Shown here piece by piece: positions 20,826 through 29,935 of a stretch of 64,000 bases of DNA; position 1 is the stretch's first letter; every line of letters starts with the position of its first letter. The stretch comes from Rhodoferax sp. (lineage in GTDB: Bacteria > Pseudomonadota > Gammaproteobacteria > Burkholderiales > Burkholderiaceae_C). Location of the stretch: the NCBI GenBank assembly GCA_044373655.1, contig JBILPS010000004.1, forward strand, positions 6,902 through 70,901, in the 5' to 3' direction. The translations under genes and the position numbers were made by a program. The notes under the pieces were generated by a model, which saw only the letters and a program-made list of their open reading frames with translations, was not told the origin of the DNA and searched no databases.

Positions 20826-20888
20826 TGCATTATTGTGCGCAAACGGACCTTAAATTCATTTTTTCATCATGTCAAGCACTATATTGCA
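20826..20888 (-). promoter_or_regulatory. sigma70 promoter of the bclA operon with BzdR/BoxR-type operators
   Basis: Minus strand TTGACA (20875-20870)-N17-TAAGGT (20852-20847); TGCA-N6-TGCT overlaps the -35 (20888-20875); plus-strand TGCA-N6-TGCG at 20826-20839. Confidence 0.7.
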
Positions 20889-21798
20889 TACGGACACAGA
20901 AATCTCTCCTGAAAGCGCAGCACCCGGCGAGGACAAACACCCTTATTTGGTCGGCCTGGGCCAGCGCGTGGGCGCGCTGCGCGCCCGCCGGGGCATGACG
21001 CGCAAAGCCCTGGCAGCGGCGGCGCAGGTGTCCGAGCGGCATCTGGCGAATATGGAATACGGCCTTGGCAATGCCTCGGTACTGGTGCTCTTGCAAGTGG
21101 CCAAGGCCTTGCAGTGCACCCTGGCCGAGTTACTCGGCGATGTCAGCACGTCCTCGCCGGATTGGCTGATGATTCGGGAGATGTTGGAGCAATGCGACGC
21201 GCCCACGCTGCACCGGGTGCGTATCGCCATCGGCGAGCTGCTGGGCACCGGCGGCGCGGCCCAAGAGCGCAGCACCCGCGTTGCGCTAGTAGGCTTGCGC
21301 GGCGCAGGCAAGTCCACGCTAGGGCAGATGCTGGCCGAGGACCTGGGCTACCCCTTTGTCGAGCTGAGCCGGGAAATTGAGAAATTCGCCGGCTGCAGCG
21401 TAGCCGAAATCCAGGCCTTGTACGGTGCCAACGCCTACCGCCGCTACGAGCGCCGGGCCTTGGAGGAAAGCATTCAAATCTACCCCGAGGCAGTGATTGC
21501 CACGCCCGGCGGCCTGGTCTCCGACCCGGCCAGCTTCACCCTCTTGCTGGCGCACTGCACCACACTGTGGCTACAAGCCGATCCGGCGGACCACTTACGC
21601 CGCGTCACCGCCCAAGGCGACTTGCGGCCCATGGCTGCCAGCAAGGAAGCCCTGCAAGACCTGAAAAACATTTTGGATGGGCGCCAGTCCTTTTATTCCA
21701 AAGCCCAATTTGCCATCCATACCAGCGCCCAGGACTTGGAAGCCACTTTCGAGCTGCTGCGCGCCACGGTGCGCGGCTATTTACAGATCGCGCCCTGA
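20869..21798 (+). CDS. boxR: BzdR/BoxR-family regulator (XRE HTH fused to a shikimate-kinase-like domain)
   Basis: RRGMTRKALA...VSERHLANMEYGLGNAS HTH followed by VGLRGAGKSTLG kinase-like P-loop. Confidence 0.92.
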   Translation: MSSTILHTDTEISPESAAPGEDKHPYLVGLGQRVGALRARRGMTRKALAAAAQVSERHLANMEYGLGNASVLVLLQVAKALQCTLAELLGDVSTSSPDWLMIREMLEQCDAPTLHRVRIAIGELLGTGGAAQERSTRVALVGLRGAGKSTLGQMLAEDLGYPFVELSREIEKFAGCSVAEIQALYGANAYRRYERRALEESIQIYPEAVIATPGGLVSDPASFTLLLAHCTTLWLQADPADHLRRVTAQGDLRPMAASKEALQDLKNILDGRQSFYSKAQFAIHTSAQDLEATFELLRATVRGYLQIAP

Positions 21799-21800
21799 AC

Positions 21801-21875
21801 TGCAAAAAAATGCTTGACGGGTTTGAATTTTGTGCACTATTATGCATTAATGCAAGTCGTATGCATTTTTATGCG
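21801..21875 (+). promoter_or_regulatory. sigma70 promoter of boxC with TGCA-N6-TGCA operators
   Basis: TTGACG (21814-21819)-N18-TATTAT (21838-21843); TGCA-N6-TGCT at 21801-21814, TGCA-ctatta-TGCA at 21833-21846, TGCA-N6-TGCG at 21862-21875. Confidence 0.72.
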
Positions 21876-21895
21876 TATCCCAAACTGAGTCCGCC

Positions 21896-23554
21896 ATGAA
21901 CCCTGAATCCTTTGTCAGTTACCAGACCAAACCCGGCCAGTACCGCCATTGGGCGCTCAGCTTTGAGGGCCCGGTGGCCACGCTCAAAGCCGATTTCGCC
22001 GAGGACGGCGGCCTGCGCCCCGGCTACAAGCTCAAGCTCAATAGCTACGACCTGGGCGTGGACATTGAGCTGCACGACGCTATCAACCGCATCCGCTTTG
22101 AACACCCCGAGGTGCGCAGCGTGGTCATCACCAGCGCCAAAGAGAAGGTGTTTTGCTCGGGCGCCAACATTTTCATGCTGGGCCTGAGCAGCCATGCCTG
22201 GAAAGTGAATTTCTGCAAATTCACCAACGAAACGCGCAACGGCCTGGAAGATTCCTCGGCGCATAGCGGCCTGAAGTTTTTGGCGGCGGTCAATGGCGCA
22301 TGTGCCGGTGGTGGCTACGAGCTGGCTCTGGCCTGCGACGAAATTTTGCTGGTAGATGACCGGTCCTCAGCCGTCAGCCTGCCCGAAGTGCCTTTGCTGG
22401 GCGTGCTGCCCGGCACCGGCGGCCTGACCCGCGTGACCGACAAGCGCCGCGTGCGCCATGACCTGGCCGATGTGTTTTGCACCAGTGCCGAAGGCGTGCG
22501 TGGCCAAAAGGCCAAGGATTGGCGCCTGGTGGATGGCCTGGCCAAGCCCGCAGAGTTTGCAGCCCGCGTGCGCGAACGCGCGCTCGCCCTGGCCGCGCAA
22601 AGCGACCGACCCGAAGCTGCCCAAGGCGTCGCACTCACGCCCCTGCAATGCACCCGCAGCGCGGACGCCCTGCACTACAGCACACTCACAGTGGAAATAG
22701 ACCGCGCCAAGCGCAGCGCGGTATGGACTATTGCGGCCCCGCAGGGCGCGCAGCCTTCCACCATCACCGAGTTGGAGGCCCAAGGCGCGCAATGGTTCCC
22801 CTTACGCATGGCGCGCGAGCTGGAAGACGCGATCTTGCATATGCGCACCAACGAGCTGGACATTGGCATCTGGCTCATCAAAACCGAAGGCGATGCCGCT
22901 GCGGTGCTGGCCATGGACGAGGTACTACAAGCGCAGGCTGGCCACTGGCTGGTGCGCGAAACCACCGGCTTGCTGCGCCGCAGCTTCAGCCGCCTGGACC
23001 TGTCCTCGCGCAGCCTGTTCGCGTTGATCGAGCCGGGCTCTTGCTTTGCCGGGAGTTACCTGGAATTTGCGCTGGCCTGTGACCGCAGCTACCAGCTGAT
23101 GCTGCCCGACGATGCCGCGCGCACCCCCCACATCACCGTGGGCGAGCGCAACTTTGGCGTGTACCCCATGGCCACCGGCCAAAGCCGTTTGCAACGCCGC
23201 TTTTATGAAGAAGCCGGCCCGCTGGAGGCCGTGCGCGCCGCTACCGGCAAGGCGCTCGATGCCGACGCCGCTTTCGCGCTGGGCTTGGTGACTGCCGCGC
23301 CCGATGACATCGACTGGGCTGACGAAGTACGCATCGCCATTGAAGAGCGGGTCTCCATGTCGCCCGACGCCATGACCGGCCTAGAAGCCAATTTGCGTTT
23401 CAACGGCAAAGAGACCATGCACACACGCGTCTTTGGTCGCTTAAGTGCCTGGCAAAACTGGATTTTTCAGCGCCCCAATGCGGTGGGCGACAAAGGCGCG
23501 CTCAAGGTCTATGGCAAAGGCGAACGCGCCGCCTTTGACTGGAACCGCGTTTAA
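21896..23554 (+). CDS. boxC: 2,3-epoxybenzoyl-CoA dihydrolase
   Basis: LKLNSYDLGVDIELHDA, FCSGANIFML, CKFTNETRNG, FGRLSAWQNWIFQRPNAVG; double crotonase fold. Confidence 0.97.
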   Translation: MNPESFVSYQTKPGQYRHWALSFEGPVATLKADFAEDGGLRPGYKLKLNSYDLGVDIELHDAINRIRFEHPEVRSVVITSAKEKVFCSGANIFMLGLSSHAWKVNFCKFTNETRNGLEDSSAHSGLKFLAAVNGACAGGGYELALACDEILLVDDRSSAVSLPEVPLLGVLPGTGGLTRVTDKRRVRHDLADVFCTSAEGVRGQKAKDWRLVDGLAKPAEFAARVRERALALAAQSDRPEAAQGVALTPLQCTRSADALHYSTLTVEIDRAKRSAVWTIAAPQGAQPSTITELEAQGAQWFPLRMARELEDAILHMRTNELDIGIWLIKTEGDAAAVLAMDEVLQAQAGHWLVRETTGLLRRSFSRLDLSSRSLFALIEPGSCFAGSYLEFALACDRSYQLMLPDDAARTPHITVGERNFGVYPMATGQSRLQRRFYEEAGPLEAVRAATGKALDADAAFALGLVTAAPDDIDWADEVRIAIEERVSMSPDAMTGLEANLRFNGKETMHTRVFGRLSAWQNWIFQRPNAVGDKGALKVYGKGERAAFDWNRV

Positions 23555-23602
23555 GTACGGGCGCAGCGCCCACCCCCATTTGTAAATTAACTGGAGTCCC
23601 TT

Positions 23603-25030
23603 ATGTCAGCCATCAACTACAGCGAAAAAATTCCCAACAACGTGGATCTGGGCGGCGACCGCACCTTGCAGCGCGCCCTGGAGCAGTGGCAGCCCAACTT
23701 CATCAACTGGTGGGATGACATGGGCCCCGAAGGTACGACGGACAACGAGGTGTATTTGCGTACCGCTGTCAGCGTGGACCCGCAAGGCTGGGCACAGTTC
23801 GGCCACGTCAAGATGCGCGACTACCGCTGGGGCATTTTTCTGAACCACGGCGAGGCCGACCGCAATATCCATTTCGGCGACCACAAAGGTGAGAAAGCCT
23901 GGCAGGACGTGCCCGGCGAACACCGCGCCAATTTGCGCCGCATCATCGTCACCCAAGGCGATACCGAGCCGGCTTCGGTGGAGCAGCAACGCCACCTAGG
24001 CAAGACCGCGCCCAGCATGTACGACTTGCGTAATTTGTTTCAGATCAACGTAGAAGAAGGCCGCCATCTGTGGGCCATGGTGTATTTGCTGCATAAGCAT
24101 TTCGGTCGCGATGGCCGCGAAGAAGCCGAAGCGCTGCTTGAGCGGCGCAGCGGTCAGGAAGACAACCCGCGCATTTTGCAAGCCTTCAATGAAGAAACGC
24201 CTGACTGGTTGAGCTTCTTTATGTTCACCTACTTCACCGACCGCGACGGTAAGTTCCAGTTGTGCGCACTGGCGGAAAGCAGTTTCGATCCGCTGGCGCG
24301 TACTACCAAGTTCATGCTGACCGAAGAGGCGCACCATATGTTTGTCGGCGAATCGGGCATCAGCCGCATTATTCAGCGTACCTGCGCCAAGATGAACGAA
24401 CTCAAATCGGATGACGTGGGACTGCTGCGCGCAGCAGGCGTGATCGACTTGCCGGTCTTGCAGCGTTATTTGAATTTTCACTTCAGCGTCACCATCGATT
24501 TATTCGGCGCCGACGAGTCCAGCAACGCAGCCACGTTTTATTCCACCGGCATCAAAGGCCGCTATGAAGAGACCAAGCGCGATGACGACCATGTGTTGCG
24601 CGGCCAGACCTATAAGGTGCTCAACGTGGTCAACGGCCAGTTGCAGGAAAAAGAAGTGCCCATGCTCAATGCACTCAACGAAGTGCTGCGCGACGACTTC
24701 ATCAAAGACTCGGTCGGCGGCGTAGAACGCTGGAACCGCGTCATCGAGAAAGCCGGTTTACCGCACCGCCTGAGCGTGCCGCACAAAGCGTTTCACCGCA
24801 ACATCGGCGCATTGTCCCGTGCCAAGGTGTCGCCTGACGGGCGCGTGCTGTCAGAGCAGGAGTGGGGCGCCAAGGTGGGCGACTGGTTGCCCACCGCAGA
24901 GGACCGTGCCTTTGTGCAAAGCCTGATGGGCCGGGTGGTCGAGCCCGGTAAATTTGCCAACTGGATCGCCCCGCCGGCCATCGGTATCAACCGCCAGCCG
25001 GTGGATTTTGAGTATGTTCGGTTTAACTGA
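23603..25030 (+). CDS. boxB: Benzoyl-CoA 2,3-epoxidase subunit B (diiron)
   Basis: INYSEKIPNNV, QGDTEPASVEQQ, VEEGRHLWAM, TEEAHH diiron motifs. Confidence 0.97.
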   Translation: MSAINYSEKIPNNVDLGGDRTLQRALEQWQPNFINWWDDMGPEGTTDNEVYLRTAVSVDPQGWAQFGHVKMRDYRWGIFLNHGEADRNIHFGDHKGEKAWQDVPGEHRANLRRIIVTQGDTEPASVEQQRHLGKTAPSMYDLRNLFQINVEEGRHLWAMVYLLHKHFGRDGREEAEALLERRSGQEDNPRILQAFNEETPDWLSFFMFTYFTDRDGKFQLCALAESSFDPLARTTKFMLTEEAHHMFVGESGISRIIQRTCAKMNELKSDDVGLLRAAGVIDLPVLQRYLNFHFSVTIDLFGADESSNAATFYSTGIKGRYEETKRDDDHVLRGQTYKVLNVVNGQLQEKEVPMLNALNEVLRDDFIKDSVGGVERWNRVIEKAGLPHRLSVPHKAFHRNIGALSRAKVSPDGRVLSEQEWGAKVGDWLPTAEDRAFVQSLMGRVVEPGKFANWIAPPAIGINRQPVDFEYVRFN

Positions 25031-25103
25031 TTTGCGCTTTTATTGCTGAAACCGTGGGGCGGCAGAAGATTAGTGCTGCGCGGCATACTGAGCTTCTGAG
25101 CAC

Positions 25104-25396
25104 GCGTGGCGGCAAGGGCAGGCGGGGTTCCTCACACGCAGGCTTAACGTTCGTCACCCCGCCTGCCCCTACCGCCACGCTGCGAACGAGCTTGTCGGTT
25201 CGCCCGCTAATTCGGATTGCGATTGCAGTCGAAAAAAGGTCGAGCTGTTGGGGCTTTCACCGTAACAGCCGTATTTGCCGGGATCTCTATGTACCGCGCC
25301 CCCACCAGCCTTTTCGCAGAGGCTACGCAGGCCGGGGCCGGGCGACGAACGATTAGCCTGCGTTGTGAGGAGCCCGGCCCCGGCCTGCGTGGCCTC
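25104..25396. repeat. Structured intergenic element: two long hairpins with different stems and near-identical loops in inverted orientation
   Basis: Hairpin 1 arms 25104-25127 and 25157-25180 (22/24 paired); hairpin 2 arms 25319-25343 and 25372-25396 (24/25). Loop 1 TCCTCACACGCAGGCTTAACGTTCGTC is the reverse complement of loop 2 GACGAACGATTAGCCTGCGTTGTGAGGA at 25 of 28 positions. Confidence 0.85.
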
Positions 25397-25472
25397 GGGC
25401 TCAGCAAAATAGCAGAACAGCAAGATAGAAATTAAAGACACAATTGCAGTAACGAGACCAAGAAACGATGCC

Positions 25473-26762
25473 ATGAGCACAGATACCGCCGAACTGCTAC
25501 AGCAACACGTGATCGACCCCGAGGTCTGCATACGCTGCAACACCTGCGAAGCTACCTGCCCGGTGGGCGCGGTGACGCATGACAGCCGCAACTACGTGGT
25601 CGATGCAGACAAATGCAACCACTGTATGGCCTGCGTACCACCCTGCCCAACTGGCTCGATAGACCATTGGCTGCCGGTGCTGCGCAGCAAGGCCTACACA
25701 CTGCAAGAGCAGTTGTCCTGGGACGAATTGCCAGCCCCGCAAACCCATGATGCGGCGCAAGACGCTTCCACCATTACGCAGATGTCCGGCAGCACGGCGT
25801 TTGAAACGACCAGCAGCTCCTTGCAAACTGCTACCAGCGCGCAGGCCGCACTGCCGGAGTCCGACAATTGGAGCGCCATGGGTGCCACCCTGCCGCCCTG
25901 GTCCGCAGCGCACCCGTACACCAATTTGCATGGCCCCAAGTCGCCCACTATCGCTACCGTGGTGGGCAATATGCAGGTCAATGAAGCGGGCACCGACAAC
26001 GAAACGCACCATATCGTGCTGGACTTTGGCAGCATGCCCTTTCCGGTACTCGAAGGCCAGTCGATTGGCATCGTTCCGCCCGGTGTCGATGCCAGTGGCC
26101 GGCCGCACCACGCACGCCAATATTCCATCGCCAGCCCGCGCAACGGCGAGCGCCCCGGCTATAACAATCTCTCGCTCACGGTCAAGCGCGTGGTGCAAGA
26201 CCACCAGGGGCAGGCGGTCAAGGGCGTGGCGTCCCACTATTTGTGTGACCTGAAAACTGGCGACGCGGTGCAGGTGATTGGCCCCTTTGGCAGCAGCTTT
26301 TTGATGCCCAACCATCCGGGCAGCCATATCGTCATGATTTGCACCGGCACCGGCAGCGCGCCCATGCGCGCCATGACCGAATGGCGTCGCCGCCTGCGGG
26401 CCAGTGGCAAGTTTGAAGGCGGCAAGCTGCTGCTGTTTTTCGGCGCACGGACGCAGCAGGAACTCCCGTACTTCGGGCCGCTGCAAAAACTACCCCAAGA
26501 TTTCATCGATATCCACTTTGCGTTTTCGCGCACGCCGGGTCAGCCCAAGCGCTATGTGCAAGACGCGATGCGCCAAGCCTCAACGCCCTTGGTCGCCTTG
26601 CTGCAAGACCCGCAAACCCATTTTTATGTCTGCGGCTTAAAAAGCATGGAAGAAGGCGTGTTGCAAGCGCTGCGCGATATTGCGCTGGAGGCTGGCCTGA
26701 ACTGGACCGCACTAAAGCAGGACTTGAAGCAGCAAGGCCGCTTGCAGTTGGAAACCTATTGA
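25473..26762 (+). CDS. boxA: Benzoyl-CoA 2,3-epoxidase subunit A (ferredoxin-FNR reductase)
   Basis: [11 protein letters not shown] and [12 protein letters not shown] ferredoxin motifs, RQYSIAS FAD motif, [13 protein letters not shown]. Confidence 0.97.
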   Translation: MSTDTAELLQQHVIDPEVCIRCNTCEATCPVGAVTHDSRNYVVDADKCNHCMACVPPCPTGSIDHWLPVLRSKAYTLQEQLSWDELPAPQTHDAAQDASTITQMSGSTAFETTSSSLQTATSAQAALPESDNWSAMGATLPPWSAAHPYTNLHGPKSPTIATVVGNMQVNEAGTDNETHHIVLDFGSMPFPVLEGQSIGIVPPGVDASGRPHHARQYSIASPRNGERPGYNNLSLTVKRVVQDHQGQAVKGVASHYLCDLKTGDAVQVIGPFGSSFLMPNHPGSHIVMICTGTGSAPMRAMTEWRRRLRASGKFEGGKLLLFFGARTQQELPYFGPLQKLPQDFIDIHFAFSRTPGQPKRYVQDAMRQASTPLVALLQDPQTHFYVCGLKSMEEGVLQALRDIALEAGLNWTALKQDLKQQGRLQLETY

Positions 26763-26817
26763 GTCATCCTTGGCCAATACCCCCTCATTTACTCCAGAAC
26801 AAAAAATCTCCATTGCA

Positions 26818-28332
26818 ATGAACCCCACCCTCGCCACCACAAAAGTCCTGGTCGTCGGCGCGGGCATCATGGGCGCGGGCATCGCGCAAGTGGCGGCGCA
26901 GGCCGGGCATAGCGTGTACCTGATGGATGTGCGCGAAGGCGCTGCGCGCCAAGCCTGCGCCAAGCTGCGCGAAAGCTTGGATGCGCTGCTTGCCAAAGGC
27001 AAATTTACCCAGGACCAAGTGGGCGGTGTGTTGGCGCGCATCCAGCCAGTCGATAGCTTGGCCGATGCAGCGGATGCCGGTTTGGTGATTGAAGCCATCG
27101 TAGAAAACCTGGATGCCAAGCGCGCCTTGTTCACCGAACTAGAGTCTCTGATAGGCGCGGACTGTGTGCTGGCCAGCAACACCTCATCTTTGTCGATTAC
27201 CGCCATCGCCAAGGGCCTGCGCGATCCGAGTCGGATGGTGGGAATGCATTTTTTCAACCCCGTGCCTTTGATGAAGCTGGTGGAAGTGGTCTCGGGCTTG
27301 CAAACCGCGCCTGGCGTGGCGCAGGCGATTTTTGATCTGTCCAAAGCCTGGGGCAAGGTGCCGGTGCATGCCCGCTCCACGCCTGGCTTTATCGTCAACC
27401 GTATTGCCCGGCCTTTTTATGCCGAAGCGCTGGCACTCTTACACGAACAAAGTACCAGCGCCCAGGTGATCGATGCTTGCCTGCGCGCCATCGGCTTTCG
27501 CATGGGGCCTTGCGAGCTGATGGACTTGATCGGCCATGACACCAATTTTGCGGTGACGCAAGCAGTCTATGCGGCCAACTTCTTTGACAAGCGCTACGCG
27601 CCCTCTTTGTTTCAAAGTGCGCTGGTCGATGGCGGCATGTTGGGGCGCAAAAGCGGGCGCGGTATTTACGACTACAGCGCGGGCAGCAAGCCGCCAATAG
27701 CGGACCCGCAGACCCTGCCCCTGCCCGCCATTAGTCAATTGCAATTGCACAGTCGCGCGCAAGACGCACCAACCATGGCCGACTGGCAAGTGCGCCTGCA
27801 AGCGGCAGGCCTTGCCACGGACTTCGTAACTACGAGCGAGTGGACCGGCCTACAAACCGGCGACCTGCACCTGCGCCAGACCGATGGCCGCCCTGCTTCC
27901 GCTTTGGGCGCGCAGGTGGTGGTGTATGACTGGCATCTGCCGCAGGGCGGCGCACCGGTGCTGGCTTTTGCGGCTTCCAGCGGCGCGTCAGTTGACAACA
28001 TCGCACTGGCACAAGCGCTGCTGGGCGCGCTGGGCTTTGCGCCGCAACGCGTGGCCGATCAACCCGGGTTGGTGGCGGCGCGCACGCTGGCCATGCTGGT
28101 CAATGAAGCCGCCGACGCGGTGCAACAAGGCGTGTGCGATCCGGCCGGTGCCGATGCCGCGATGAAGCTGGGCGTGAACTACCCCGCAGGCCCGTTTGAA
28201 TGGCTGGCGCGCTGGGGCGCACCGGCGGTGGTGCAGGTGCTCGAAGCGCTCGATGCCCATTACCGGGGCGAGCGCTACCGCGTCAGCCCCTGGCTGCGCC
28301 ACGCGCTGTGGCAAGCGCAACACGCTGCTTGA
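26818..28332 (+). CDS. paaH: 3-hydroxyacyl-CoA (3-hydroxyadipyl-CoA) dehydrogenase
   Basis: VVGAGIMGAGIA, IEAIVE, ASNTSSLSI, GMHFFNP, GFIVNR; ATG at 26818 preferred over TTG at 26770. Confidence 0.9.
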   Translation: MNPTLATTKVLVVGAGIMGAGIAQVAAQAGHSVYLMDVREGAARQACAKLRESLDALLAKGKFTQDQVGGVLARIQPVDSLADAADAGLVIEAIVENLDAKRALFTELESLIGADCVLASNTSSLSITAIAKGLRDPSRMVGMHFFNPVPLMKLVEVVSGLQTAPGVAQAIFDLSKAWGKVPVHARSTPGFIVNRIARPFYAEALALLHEQSTSAQVIDACLRAIGFRMGPCELMDLIGHDTNFAVTQAVYAANFFDKRYAPSLFQSALVDGGMLGRKSGRGIYDYSAGSKPPIADPQTLPLPAISQLQLHSRAQDAPTMADWQVRLQAAGLATDFVTTSEWTGLQTGDLHLRQTDGRPASALGAQVVVYDWHLPQGGAPVLAFAASSGASVDNIALAQALLGALGFAPQRVADQPGLVAARTLAMLVNEAADAVQQGVCDPAGADAAMKLGVNYPAGPFEWLARWGAPAVVQVLEALDAHYRGERYRVSPWLRHALWQAQHAA

Positions 28333-28372
28333 GCCAGCGCGCGATTTCCCCGTTTTCACTGCGAGACAAACC

Positions 28373-29575
28373 ATGCAAGACGCCTTTATCTGTGACGCCA
28401 TCCGTACCCCCTTTGGCCGCTATGGCGGCGCGCTGTCCTCGGTGCGCACCGACGACTTGGCGGCCATCCCCATCCGCGCGCTCATGGAGCGTAACCCCGG
28501 CGTGGACTGGGCGGCGCTGGATGATGTGTTCTACGGCTGTGCCAACCAGGCCGGCGAAGACAACCGCAATGTGGCGCGCATGGCCGCTTTGCTGGCAGGT
28601 TTGCCGGTGGAGGTGCCCGGCGCCACGATGAACCGCTTATGCGGCTCCAGTCTGGATGCGGTGGGTAGCGCGGCGCGCGCCATAAAGAGCGGCGAAGCGC
28701 AATTGATGATTGCCGGCGGCGTCGAAAGTATGAGCCGCGCGCCTTTTGTGATGCCCAAGATGGACAGCGCCTTTGGCCGCAACAACGCGGTCTATGACAC
28801 CACCATCGGCTGGCGCTTTATCAACCCGCTCATGAAGCAGCTGTATGGCGTGGACTCCATGCCTGAGACGGCTGAGCACGTGGCGCAGCAATTTGGCATA
28901 GAGCGGCAAGCCCAAGACCGCATGGCCTTGCGCTCGCAAGAAAACGCGGTGCGCGCCCAAGGCGAAGGCTTCTTTAATGCCGAAATCACACCGGTCAGCA
29001 TTGCCCAAAAAAAAGGCGATGCCTTGCTGGTGGCGCGGGACGAACATCCGCGCAGCACGTCCTTGGAAGCGCTGTCCAAACTCAAACCCATCGTCCATCC
29101 CCAAGGCTCAGTCACCGCGGGCAATGCCTCGGGTGTGAACGATGGCGCATGCGCGCTTTTGTTGGCCAGTGCCAGCGCGGCAAAGCAACACGGCCTTAAG
29201 CCCCGCGCCCGCGTGCTGGCTATGGCGACCGTGGGCTTGGCGCCACGCATCATGGGCTTTGGTCCGGCGCCTGCGGTGCGCAAAGTACTGGCACAGGCCG
29301 GGCTGACGCTGGCGCAGATGGATGTGATCGAACTCAATGAAGCTTTTGCCGCCCAAGGCCTGGCGGTTTTGCGCGACCTGGGACTGGCCGACGACGACGA
29401 GCGCGTCAACCCCAATGGCGGCGCCATCGCCCTAGGCCACCCCCTGGGCGCCAGCGGGGCACGCCTAGTTACCACTGCGCTCAACCAGTTGGAACGCAGC
29501 GGCGGACGCTATGGACTGTGCACCATGTGCATCGGCGTGGGTCAGGGGATCGCGCTGGTAATTGAGCGTGTGTAG
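28373..29575 (+). CDS. pcaF: 3-oxoadipyl-CoA thiolase (PcaF/PaaJ/BoxE type)
   Basis: GCANQAGEDNRNVARM, NRLCGSS, NEAFA, GHPLGASG, CIGVGQG; start re-called at 28373. Confidence 0.94.
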   Translation: MQDAFICDAIRTPFGRYGGALSSVRTDDLAAIPIRALMERNPGVDWAALDDVFYGCANQAGEDNRNVARMAALLAGLPVEVPGATMNRLCGSSLDAVGSAARAIKSGEAQLMIAGGVESMSRAPFVMPKMDSAFGRNNAVYDTTIGWRFINPLMKQLYGVDSMPETAEHVAQQFGIERQAQDRMALRSQENAVRAQGEGFFNAEITPVSIAQKKGDALLVARDEHPRSTSLEALSKLKPIVHPQGSVTAGNASGVNDGACALLLASASAAKQHGLKPRARVLAMATVGLAPRIMGFGPAPAVRKVLAQAGLTLAQMDVIELNEAFAAQGLAVLRDLGLADDDERVNPNGGAIALGHPLGASGARLVTTALNQLERSGGRYGLCTMCIGVGQGIALVIERV

Positions 29576-29603
29576 TGCCTGCATTGTCCACAAGCTTTAT
29601 CGG

Positions 29604-29637
29604 TGATGTTTGATGCGTGATGTGCTAGCATCAAACA
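29604..29637 (+). promoter_or_regulatory. Probable autoregulatory operator of the TA pair
   Basis: Inverted repeat TGTTTGATGC (29607-29616)/GCATCAAACA (29628-29637); TGATG direct repeats at 29604, 29611 and 29618. Confidence 0.65.
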
Positions 29638-29656
29638 CCAACCCACAAGGTGCACC

Positions 29657-29935
29657 ATGCGAACGACCCTAGATATTGCCGACGATGTGCTTTTTGCCGC
29701 CAAGGAAATTGCGCGGCGCGAAAAAAAGTCGCTGGGCCAAACGATTAGCGAACTCGCACGCCGCGCTTTCACGCAGCCCCCTCTTGTAAACGGCCTGAAC
29801 CCAGCGCACGCACCCAGCGGCGCCTTGCTGGCGTCTGAACGCTTGGCGAGCTACGGCATTAGCCCCCTGCCCGCCCGGGGCGGCATTGTCAGCAACGAAC
29901 TGATTGAGCGCTTGCGCGATGCCGAAGGCGTTTGA
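29657..29935 (+). CDS. vapB: Ribbon-helix-helix antitoxin (VapB-like)
   Basis: MRTTLDIADDVLFAAKEIARREKKSLGQTISELARR; stop overlaps the PIN gene start (TGATG). Confidence 0.85.
   Translation: MRTTLDIADDVLFAAKEIARREKKSLGQTISELARRAFTQPPLVNGLNPAHAPSGALLASERLASYGISPLPARGGIVSNELIERLRDAEGV

Noticed and set aside
25129-25371. Hammerhead ribozyme reading of the shared loop (GTGAGGA resembles CUGANGA; GACGAAC resembles CGAAA)
   Set aside because: The core has G instead of C3 without a compensating change at position 8, has GAAC instead of GAAA, and only about 13 nt lie between the motifs, too few for stems I and III plus the cleavage triplet.
25043-25407. Terminal inverted repeats TTGCTGA (25043-25049)/TCAGCAA (25401-25407) as IS-derived MITE ends
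   Set aside because: Only 7 bp match cleanly and I see no target-site duplication; suggestive but not supportable alone.
25169-25591. Short ORFs in the boxB-boxA spacer (25054-25356, 25169-25591, 25207-25407, 25217-25435), including an ARYIE string faintly like RAYT transposases
   Set aside because: They overlap each other on both strands, are dominated by hairpin-derived Pro/Gly/Arg codons, and lack HUH or catalytic Tyr context.
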